A DNA stretch of 64,000 nucleotides from positions 4,166-68,165 of the forward strand of contig DASTRL010000250.1 in the NCBI GenBank assembly GCA_035761265.1. The letters run 5' to 3'. Of the stretch, positions 43,245 to 50,307 are shown in pieces; within the stretch, counting starts at the first letter, position 1, and each line of letters begins with the position of its first letter. A program made the translations under genes and the position numbers. The notes beneath the pieces were generated by a model that did no database searches, was not told where the DNA came from, and saw only the letters and a program-made list of their open reading frames with translations. The DNA comes from Steroidobacteraceae bacterium (GTDB taxonomy: Bacteria; Pseudomonadota; Gammaproteobacteria; Steroidobacterales; Steroidobacteraceae).

Positions 43245-44330
43245 TCACTCGTTCGCCGCGCGATCCATGGCGCGGGCCTGCGTGAGTCCCACGGACTGGA
43301 TGATGGAATCGCCCAGAGCCGCGCCGGCGGACAGCGCATTGAATGCGGGTACCTTGAGCTGCTCCTGGATGATCTGCACACCCACGGCGTTGTCCGTCGA
43401 CGGACCGGTGACCGCGATGGGCTCGATGCCGTACTTCTGGCGCAGGATGTCCACGCCGCCGTAGGCCGCCACCGGATCGTTGGCGGAGAGCACCACGCCG
43501 GTCATGGCCTTGCGCAGGTCCTGCTGCTCGAGGATGGCATCGACTCCGTAGGTTCCGAGCAATCCGTCGCCGAGCTCGAACACGATGACGTCGGGCTTCT
43601 TGTCGGCAAGCTCGGTGAGCATGGTGCGCGTGAGCGCCGGGCCCACCTTGCGCGTGGTCGAGACAATGCCGAAGTCCGTGAAGATGAGCGTGTTGCGCGC
43701 GCCGGCGTCCTCGAAGGCGAGGATGTCACGACGCAGCGAGACGCCCGTGGCCTTGAAGGCATCGACGACCAGCCCGCGGTGCCGCATGCGCGCGATGATG
43801 GCCGCCGCCGCTGCGGTCTTGCCGGCTTCCATGCAGGTGCCCGCGAGCGCGACCACGGGCACGCGCTGGGTGTCGAGCTTGGCTTCCGGGTCGAACTTGC
43901 GATAGCCGACACGCGCCGGTACGCCGATGCGTTCGCCGAGGTACGGAAAATCCAGCACGCCGCCGATCACGCGGCAGTCGAAGGGCTTGCCCTTGTCGGG
44001 ATTCACCGAGTCGCACACGCCGAGCACGCCGCCGATGTTGAGCATCTGCAGGACGTCGCCGGGCTTGACGCTGCCGGGCACGTGGCCCGAATAGCCGAAC
44101 AGCGCCTTGCGGTGCCCCAGCGCACCGGCAACGATGTCGCCCTTGCCCACCTTGGCCATGCGGCCGCTGGTGAGCTCCAGCGTGTTGTAGGTCGATTTGT
44201 TGGTCAGGATTTCCACGACCACCACCACGCCTTCCTCGGCGGGAATGTTGTCGGTGGCGACGCGCACCTCGTTGCCGAGACCGCAGGCCTGCGTGACCGA
44301 CGCGATCTTGTCGACGACTACCGTTCTCAT
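43245..44330 (-). CDS. uncharacterised two-domain protein with deviant Walker A (GT-x4-GKT), embedded in arg operon
   Basis: 361 aa from ATG 44330 (ATGA overlap with the argG stop). A beta-rich N-terminal half is followed by VVALAGTCMEAGKT and an alpha/beta C-terminal half. Composition and operon context favour this strand over the antisense track ORF 43197-44348. Confidence 0.8.
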   Translation of the reverse strand: MRTVVVDKIASVTQACGLGNEVRVATDNIPAEEGVVVVVEILTNKSTYNTLELTSGRMAKVGKGDIVAGALGHRKALFGYSGHVPGSVKPGDVLQMLNIGGVLGVCDSVNPDKGKPFDCRVIGGVLDFPYLGERIGVPARVGYRKFDPEAKLDTQRVPVVALAGTCMEAGKTAAAAAIIARMRHRGLVVDAFKATGVSLRRDILAFEDAGARNTLIFTDFGIVSTTRKVGPALTRTMLTELADKKPDVIVFELGDGLLGTYGVDAILEQQDLRKAMTGVVLSANDPVAAYGGVDILRQKYGIEPIAVTGPSTDNAVGVQIIQEQLKVPAFNALSAGAALGDSIIQSVGLTQARAMDRAANE

Positions 44331-45556
44331 TTGGCCGTACTCATCTGATTTCCTCCCGCCCGCGCATGGAACATGCCGGTGAGCGAGACGATCTTGGAGA
44401 ACCCGAGCGCATCCTGCGGCGACCACTCGCCCGCTGCCTCGCCGTACACGCCGCGCGACACCGCCATCAGCGAATGCGGCGACTCCACGCCCTCGACGAA
44501 CAAACTACCCGGGCGGAACAGCAGGTGGACCTTGCCCGTGACGCGCTCCTGCGATGACAGGAACAAGGCCTCGATGTCGCGGCACACCGGATCCAGCAAC
44601 TGTCCCTCGTGTACCCAGTCGCCATAGGGCCCCGCGAGCGATTCCTTGATGCGCTGCTGGCGTGGCGTGAGAACGAGCTTCTCGAGCTCGCGGTGCGCGG
44701 TGAGCAGCGTCTCGGCCGCCGGCGCCTCGAACGCGACGCGTCCCTTGGTGCCGATGATGGTGTCGCCGAGATGGATGCCGCGGCCGATGCCGAACGGCGC
44801 GCCCAGCGCCTCGAGCTGCTCGACCACGTCCACGGCGGACATCGTCCTGCCGTCGATGCCGACCGGGCGGCCTTTCTCGAAATGAATCGTGTGCTTGGCC
44901 GGCGCGCGCGGATTCGTGAAGGCGTCCTTCGACAGCACCCAGGCGTGATCGGGAATGCTGCCCTCCGAGGTCAGCGTCTCCTTGCCACCGATGGTCACGC
45001 CCCACAGGCCGCGATTGATTGAATACGCGGCGCCGAACGGCGGCACGGGCAGCTGGCGCGACTGCAGGTAGTCGAGCTCTTCCTGGCGCTTGAACGCCTT
45101 GTCGCGCACCGGCGCGATCACCTCGAGCTCGGGCGCGAGCGTGCGCAGCGCGACTTCGAAGCGCACCTGGTCGTTGCCGGCGGCCGTGCAGCCGTGCGCG
45201 ATGGAGTTCGTGCCGAGCTTGCGCGCCATCAGCGCGATGGTCTGCGCCTGCATGACGCGCTCGGCGCCGACGCACAGCGGGTAGAGCTGGCCGCGGCGCA
45301 CGTTGCCCATCACCAGGAAGCGCAGCACCTGCTCGAAATAGTCGGCGCGCGCGTCCACCTGGTGGTGCTGCACCGCGCCGAGCGCCAGCGCGCGCTCGCG
45401 CAGCGTCTTTGCACCCGCGGCGTCGATGCCGCCGGTGTCGACGGTCACGGTGATGATGGGGCGGCCATAGGTCTCCTTGAGCCAGGGCACCAGGAAGGAG
45501 GTGTCGAGGCCGCCGGAGTAGGCGAGGACGATGGGTGTTTTCTCGGCTGGGGACAT
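44327..45556 (-). CDS. argG: argininosuccinate synthase
   Basis: 409 aa with the N-terminal AYSGGLDTS ATP-PPase motif and full-length ArgG similarity. Confidence 0.96.
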   Translation of the reverse strand: MSPAEKTPIVLAYSGGLDTSFLVPWLKETYGRPIITVTVDTGGIDAAGAKTLRERALALGAVQHHQVDARADYFEQVLRFLVMGNVRRGQLYPLCVGAERVMQAQTIALMARKLGTNSIAHGCTAAGNDQVRFEVALRTLAPELEVIAPVRDKAFKRQEELDYLQSRQLPVPPFGAAYSINRGLWGVTIGGKETLTSEGSIPDHAWVLSKDAFTNPRAPAKHTIHFEKGRPVGIDGRTMSAVDVVEQLEALGAPFGIGRGIHLGDTIIGTKGRVAFEAPAAETLLTAHRELEKLVLTPRQQRIKESLAGPYGDWVHEGQLLDPVCRDIEALFLSSQERVTGKVHLLFRPGSLFVEGVESPHSLMAVSRGVYGEAAGEWSPQDALGFSKIVSLTGMFHARAGGNQMSTAK

Positions 45557-45562
45557 TTTTAT

Positions 45563-46021
45563 TCAGACTCCAAAAGCTTCGCGCAGCAGCGTGAGCACCC
45601 GCGCCTGGGCGCGCGCGTCCGCCGTGGCAATGAACATGGTGTCGTCGCCCGACACCGTGCCGACCACGTCGTCCCAGCCCGCCTTGTCGATGGCCGCCGC
45701 CACGCTCTGCGCGGCGCCGATCGTGGTCTTCAGCACGGTGATGGACGGCCCGGCGGTGCGGATCTCGCGCACGAACTGCGCGACGGTTCCGAAGTTGTCC
45801 TGGGTGCGCGCGGCGATTTCCGCGCTGTCCGGCAGCACGTAGCCCTCGGCGTGCTTGAGCACGCCGAGTTCGCGCAGGTCGCGGCTGATCGAGGACTGCG
45901 TCGCCGCGTGGCCCTCGCGCCGCAACAGCCGCACCAGCTCCTGCTGGCGGCGCACGGGTGAATGCCGCAGCAGGCGCACGATGGCGGTACGGCGCGCTTC
46001 GCGGTGATGGTCTGTGAGCAT
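45563..46021 (-). CDS. argR: arginine repressor ArgR
   Basis: 152 aa from ATG 46021 with a winged-helix N-terminus (QQELVRLLRREGHAATQSSISRDLRELG) and a C-terminal oligomerisation/arginine-binding domain (GTVSGDDT). Confidence 0.9.
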   Translation of the reverse strand: MLTDHHREARRTAIVRLLRHSPVRRQQELVRLLRREGHAATQSSISRDLRELGVLKHAEGYVLPDSAEIAARTQDNFGTVAQFVREIRTAGPSITVLKTTIGAAQSVAAAIDKAGWDDVVGTVSGDDTMFIATADARAQARVLTLLREAFGV

Positions 46022-46037
46022 GGACCCGGGACTACCA

Positions 46038-46073
46038 ATGAATAAAGTTCGCGGATGGTGCATAAAAATGCAC
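46038..46073. promoter_or_regulatory. putative tandem ARG-box operator upstream of argR
   Basis: A perfect palindrome GTGCAT-AAAA-ATGCAC (46058-46073) resembles the ARG box core TGAAT-wwww-ATTCA. A second, weaker half-palindrome TGAATAAAGTTC is centred about 21 bp away (46039-46050). Confidence 0.45.
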
Positions 46074-46128
46074 GAGCAGTCAACGGCGGCCCGCTGAATC
46101 CTCGAAGCGGGTCCGGTTGGAGGAGAAC

Positions 46129-46434
46129 TCAGCCTTCGGGACGGAGCGGATTCGTCGCCGCGTCGCCCACCACCGTGGTCCAGGCGCGCACCGTCCACTT
46201 CGTGACCAGTCCGCCTTTCACGTACGGGTCTTCCGCGGCAAAGCGCTCGACGACTGCTTTGTCGCTCGCCGAAAACCACAGTACGCCACCGTCGACCGGA
46301 TCGGCGAACGCACCGGCGAGCATCAGCTCGCCGCGCGCGTGCGCCGCCCAGGCATGTCTTAGATGCGGTCCACGAAACTGCGCGCGGCGCTCGAGGACGT
46401 CGGGAACATATGTATAGAAGAGCAGAAAATGCAC
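46129..46434 (-). CDS. YciI family protein
   Basis: 101 aa from GTG 46434: MHFLLFYTYVPDVLERRAQFRGPHL...GAFADP is the typical YciI-like fold signature. Confidence 0.8.
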   Translation of the reverse strand: MHFLLFYTYVPDVLERRAQFRGPHLRHAWAAHARGELMLAGAFADPVDGGVLWFSASDKAVVERFAAEDPYVKGGLVTKWTVRAWTTVVGDAATNPLRPEG

Positions 46435-46480
46435 GGCATTCTCCCGGCCGGGGGGGCGGCGTGCATGATATTTCAACGTT

Positions 46481-47617
46481 ATGCTTCGTGTTGTGCGCGC
46501 CGGTTTCGTGATCCCGACTCTGCTGCTGGCACTGAGCTTCGGTGAGAGCGCGTTCGCGCAGGTCGGTGAGCCTGCCGGATCCGCTGCTTCGGCCGAAGAT
46601 GCGGTCGCCAGGCACGTGTTCCCGTATCTCGCGCCGGCCAACGTGCCCAGGTTCCCGCGCCCGCCACGTCGCTACACGCCGCCGGACGGATTCGCCGGCC
46701 ACAAATGGGGCGACCTCCGTTCCACGTTTACCCGGCTTCCCGAGCAGCCGGCCGCCGTCCGCGCCGCCTGGACTCACGGCAAGCGGGTCGGAAACGAAGT
46801 GGTTTGCACCGGCCGGGACGTGCAGGCATGCACGGTCCAGGATTACCTCAACTCACAGCGCACCTGGCTGTTCGAGGGTGACGGCTTCCATGTGCTTTCG
46901 GAGTACTTGATCGAATCGCAGGGCTTCCGATTCCCGCAGAGCGGTGTGCTGCTTCATCCGGTGGTGTACGAGTTTTGCGCCAACTGGCACGGGAAGAGGA
47001 ACAGGGTCCCGGAAAAATTCGAGAAGATGAACCGGCTCTGCGGCATGCGCCTGTTGTTCGAGACCGAAAGTCTCGGGGAACTGCGCAAGCTGCCCGAGGA
47101 CCACGTTACCCAATACGACCTGGTGTTGTCCGAGCTCACCTCCCTGTATGGCAAGCCGGCGAATTTCACCTGGCGCGGCCACGTGACGGTGGAAACCGTC
47201 GCAGGTCCTGCGGTGTTCATGCCCAGCGTGGACCGAAAGTTCAAGACCTGGCGCTGGTGTCCGGCGCCTCCCGACGGGCTCATGACCCGTTGCGAAGCCA
47301 GCATCGTGCTGTCGATCGATCCCGACGTCGGTCGAGGCATCGTGCTGTTCTCGACACCGGCGATGTGGCAGTACGCGTTCGCCCGCGAAAGCAGCGAGGA
47401 TGCGGCGCCCGATGCGCTGTACACGTTGATGCACGCGCTTTCCTTCAAACATCGCTATGCCCTGGCGAAGCGCAAGGAAGCGGCCTGGAAGGCGGCCGAG
47501 GCGAAAAAGGCGAAGCGCGAGAAAGCCGAAGAACCGGGCTTGCCCGATGCCAAGTCTGCCGAAGCACCTGGCCAATCGAACTCCGTTTCAACCAGCAAGC
47601 AGGGGTCGATGCCGTGA
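46481..47617 (+). CDS. secreted Cys-rich protein, paralog 1 of tandem triplet (unknown family)
   Basis: It has a signal peptide. It shares blocks with the next two genes: Y-PP-GF-GH-WGDLR, FHVLSEY, HPVVYEFCANW, LCGMRLLF, TWRWCP, C-ASIVLS-DP. Lys/Ala/Glu-rich tail. Confidence 0.85.
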   Translation: MLRVVRAGFVIPTLLLALSFGESAFAQVGEPAGSAASAEDAVARHVFPYLAPANVPRFPRPPRRYTPPDGFAGHKWGDLRSTFTRLPEQPAAVRAAWTHGKRVGNEVVCTGRDVQACTVQDYLNSQRTWLFEGDGFHVLSEYLIESQGFRFPQSGVLLHPVVYEFCANWHGKRNRVPEKFEKMNRLCGMRLLFETESLGELRKLPEDHVTQYDLVLSELTSLYGKPANFTWRGHVTVETVAGPAVFMPSVDRKFKTWRWCPAPPDGLMTRCEASIVLSIDPDVGRGIVLFSTPAMWQYAFARESSEDAAPDALYTLMHALSFKHRYALAKRKEAAWKAAEAKKAKREKAEEPGLPDAKSAEAPGQSNSVSTSKQGSMP

Positions 47618-48771
47618 GAGTTCCGGTTTGCTTGTTGTGCGCGGCTGCTGTCGCAGGTGGGTCACCGCTGGTCCAGGGGCAGAGTGCACCGGCGGCCGAT
47701 GCCACGACGGCGCCCCCGGCCATTGCGGCGGAAGCGGTGCAATACCTGCCGCCTGCCGCGGCGCCCAGGCTCTCGCCGCCGCCAGCAAACTACTCGCCGC
47801 CCGTCGGCTTCGGTGGCCATGCCTGGGGCGACCTGCGCAAGGACTTCCAACAGCTGCCTGCTGAGGCCGCGAGCGTCACGGCCGCCTGGTCGCGCAGCGA
47901 AAAGGGCACGTCGGGTCTGCACTGCACGGGCAGCGGCAGGGCGGTGGTCTCCATCCCGCTGGACGCAGGTCCGATCGGCAGCGCCATCGGCGGCGGCGCG
48001 GCCAATGGTGTCGCCGGATGCAGCATGGCCGACGTCGCCAACAGCATGCGGCCGACGCTCGCGACTGCCGACTTCCACGTGCTTTCCGAATACAGCATCG
48101 CCGGGCAGGGTTTCCGCATGTCAGGCGTCGTGCTTTTCCCGGTGGTCTACGAGTTCTGTGCCCGATGGGAAAAGGGCAAAAGTGAGGTCCCGGCGAATTT
48201 CGAAGAGATCAACCGGTATTGCGGCATGCGCCTGCTATTCCCGATGGAATCACCTTCACAGTTGGCGAGCCTGCCGCCGGATCACGTCTCGCGTTTCGAT
48301 CTCGTGCTGAACGAGCTCGTGTCGCGCTACGGCAATCCTGACGATGCGGTCAGGGGCGGGCGGGACTCCGTGATCGAGGCCGTGACGCCGGGCGTGCCAC
48401 GTCGCGATCGCGATTTGCGCACCTGGCGTTGGTGTCCGATGTCGGCCCGGAAGAAGCAGCCTTCCTGCCCGGTCAGCATCGTGCTCGCCGCGGACCCCAA
48501 CGCGGCGCGCGGCATCGTGATCTTCGCGACGCCCGCGTTGTGGCGTTTCGCCGAAGCGCGCGAGACTGGTCTCGGCATGCCCGATGCGCTCTACACCTTG
48601 TTGCAGGGACTGCCGATCCCGGAACGCGAGGAGCAACGACAGCTCAAGCTCGCGGAAGCGAGCGCGGAGCAGGTCCGTGCGGCGGCGGCGGAGGCCAGTC
48701 GCAAGAGGCCCACGAAGACGGAGGTCAGCACGCCCAGGACCGTCTACGATATCGCGATCAACGAAGAGTGA
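47614..48771 (+). CDS. secreted Cys-rich protein, paralog 2 of tandem triplet
   Basis: The GTG start overlaps the paralog 1 stop (GTGA). Same conserved blocks, with a Gly/Ala-rich insertion in the N-terminal third. Confidence 0.82.
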   Translation: MRVPVCLLCAAAVAGGSPLVQGQSAPAADATTAPPAIAAEAVQYLPPAAAPRLSPPPANYSPPVGFGGHAWGDLRKDFQQLPAEAASVTAAWSRSEKGTSGLHCTGSGRAVVSIPLDAGPIGSAIGGGAANGVAGCSMADVANSMRPTLATADFHVLSEYSIAGQGFRMSGVVLFPVVYEFCARWEKGKSEVPANFEEINRYCGMRLLFPMESPSQLASLPPDHVSRFDLVLNELVSRYGNPDDAVRGGRDSVIEAVTPGVPRRDRDLRTWRWCPMSARKKQPSCPVSIVLAADPNAARGIVIFATPALWRFAEARETGLGMPDALYTLLQGLPIPEREEQRQLKLAEASAEQVRAAAAEASRKRPTKTEVSTPRTVYDIAINEE

Positions 48772-48792
48772 GACCGCCGTACCGTGCGCACG

Positions 48793-49665
48793 ATGAGACG
48801 TTACCTGATTTGTCTGATGCTCACCCTCACCGTCGCGAATGCTTCCGACGGGGGCAAGGGCGTGAAATACGTGCCACCCGAGGGATTCGCGGGTCACAAG
48901 TGGGGCGACCTGCGCGGCAGTTTCGACCGCCTTCCCGAGCAGCCGATCGGCGTCGCGGCAGCCTGGATGCAGCAGCAGCAGAAACAGACCTCGTTCTCCT
49001 GCGTGCCCAACACGCAGGTGGGCGCGCAGGTCAGCGGCGCCATCGACGGCTGCAATTTCCAGGAGACGCTGCTGAGGCTGCGCAGCGAATTCCAGGGCGG
49101 CGGCACCTATGTGTTGTCCGAGTACGCCATCGAGGGCCAGGCGTTCCGCTTCGGCGACGAAGCCAGCGGCATCGTGCTGCATCCGGTGGTCTACCAGTTC
49201 TGCGCGAACTGGAATGGCAGCCGCAAGCGCGGCGCCCCGCTGAACTTCGATGAGCTCAACAAGTTCTGCGGCGTGAAATTCATGTTCCAGAGCGAGACGC
49301 GCCAGCAGCTGCGCAAACTACCCGCGGATCACGAGACCACCTATGACCGCGTGCTCGAAAAGCTGCTCGCGAAATATGGTCGCCCGAAGGGCTTCCTGCG
49401 CCGCGGCCAGGTGATCATCGAGACGCTCGAGGGCGACTCGAGCGATCCGGCCGATCGCAAGTTCAGCATCTGGCGCTGGTGTCCGGCCACCGGCACCGGA
49501 CTGCGCACCGACTGCACCGCCAGCGTGATCCTGACCCTGGACCCGGCGACCGGCGTGGGCACGGTGCTGTACTCGACGCCGCTGCTGTGGGAGTACGCGT
49601 TCGCGCGCGAGAACTACGGGTTCAAGGGTGACCCGCTGTTCCGCATGCTGCATGCGCGGAACTGA
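48793..49665 (+). CDS. secreted Cys-rich protein, paralog 3 of tandem triplet
   Basis: ATG 48793 (or GTG 48784). Signal peptide MRRYLICLMLTLTVANA, the same conserved blocks and no charged tail. Confidence 0.85.
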   Translation: MRRYLICLMLTLTVANASDGGKGVKYVPPEGFAGHKWGDLRGSFDRLPEQPIGVAAAWMQQQQKQTSFSCVPNTQVGAQVSGAIDGCNFQETLLRLRSEFQGGGTYVLSEYAIEGQAFRFGDEASGIVLHPVVYQFCANWNGSRKRGAPLNFDELNKFCGVKFMFQSETRQQLRKLPADHETTYDRVLEKLLAKYGRPKGFLRRGQVIIETLEGDSSDPADRKFSIWRWCPATGTGLRTDCTASVILTLDPATGVGTVLYSTPLLWEYAFARENYGFKGDPLFRMLHARN

Positions 49666-50307
49666 CTAGCGCGCGTGGCGGAACGTCAGGTTGTAGCGGA
49701 AGCCTCCGGTCACCCGGTGCACGCCGGGCTTGAGCGGGCGCACCGCGTGATACACCAGGCGTGACGGTCCGCCCCAGACCAGCACGTCGCCATCGGCGAG
49801 CGGCACCGTCCTTCCCTTGCCGCCGCGCGTGAGCCCGTAGAACGCGAAGCTCGCGGGCAGTCCCATCGACACCGAGACGATGGGCTGCGCGTAGTTCTGC
49901 TCATCCGCGTCACGGTGCGCCGTGAGCCGGCTTCCCGGCGAGTAGCGATTCACGAGACAGGCATCCGGCGCGAAATCGCGGAAGCCACCGAGCGCGGCCG
50001 CGGACAGCGCCAGCTCGAGAAATTCGCCAGGCATGGGTGGCCATGCCCGCCCGGTCAGCGGATCGCGTGCATCGTAACGATATCCGCTGCGCTCGCTGAC
50101 CCAGCCCACGGGGCCGCAATTCGTCATGGCCACCGACATCGTCTGGCCGCCGGGTGTCACCAGATGCCGGAAGGGCGAGCTCTCCGCCACGCGCTCCACC
50201 AGCGGCATCAGGCGCGCCGAATCCGCGAAGCCGCGCAACAGCGTGATGCCAGGCCCGAGGGAGGCACCTGCGCCCGCACCGCGCGCAAACAAATCGAGCG
50301 TGCTCAT
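49666..50307 (-). CDS. alkB: alpha-ketoglutarate/Fe(II)-dependent dioxygenase AlkB
   Basis: 213 aa with the HRDADE (HxD) motif, a distal His (YHAV) and RYNLTFR. The start overlaps the tamB stop (ATGA). Confidence 0.92.
   Translation of the reverse strand: MSTLDLFARGAGAGASLGPGITLLRGFADSARLMPLVERVAESSPFRHLVTPGGQTMSVAMTNCGPVGWVSERSGYRYDARDPLTGRAWPPMPGEFLELALSAAALGGFRDFAPDACLVNRYSPGSRLTAHRDADEQNYAQPIVSVSMGLPASFAFYGLTRGGKGRTVPLADGDVLVWGGPSRLVYHAVRPLKPGVHRVTGGFRYNLTFRHAR

Noticed and set aside
43197-44348. 383-aa plus-strand ORF opposite the unknown arg-operon gene
   Set aside because: Its translation is Arg/His/Gly/Asp-rich without motifs and it runs against the operon. The minus-strand frame has balanced composition, a Walker-A-like motif and start/stop coupling to argG and argC.
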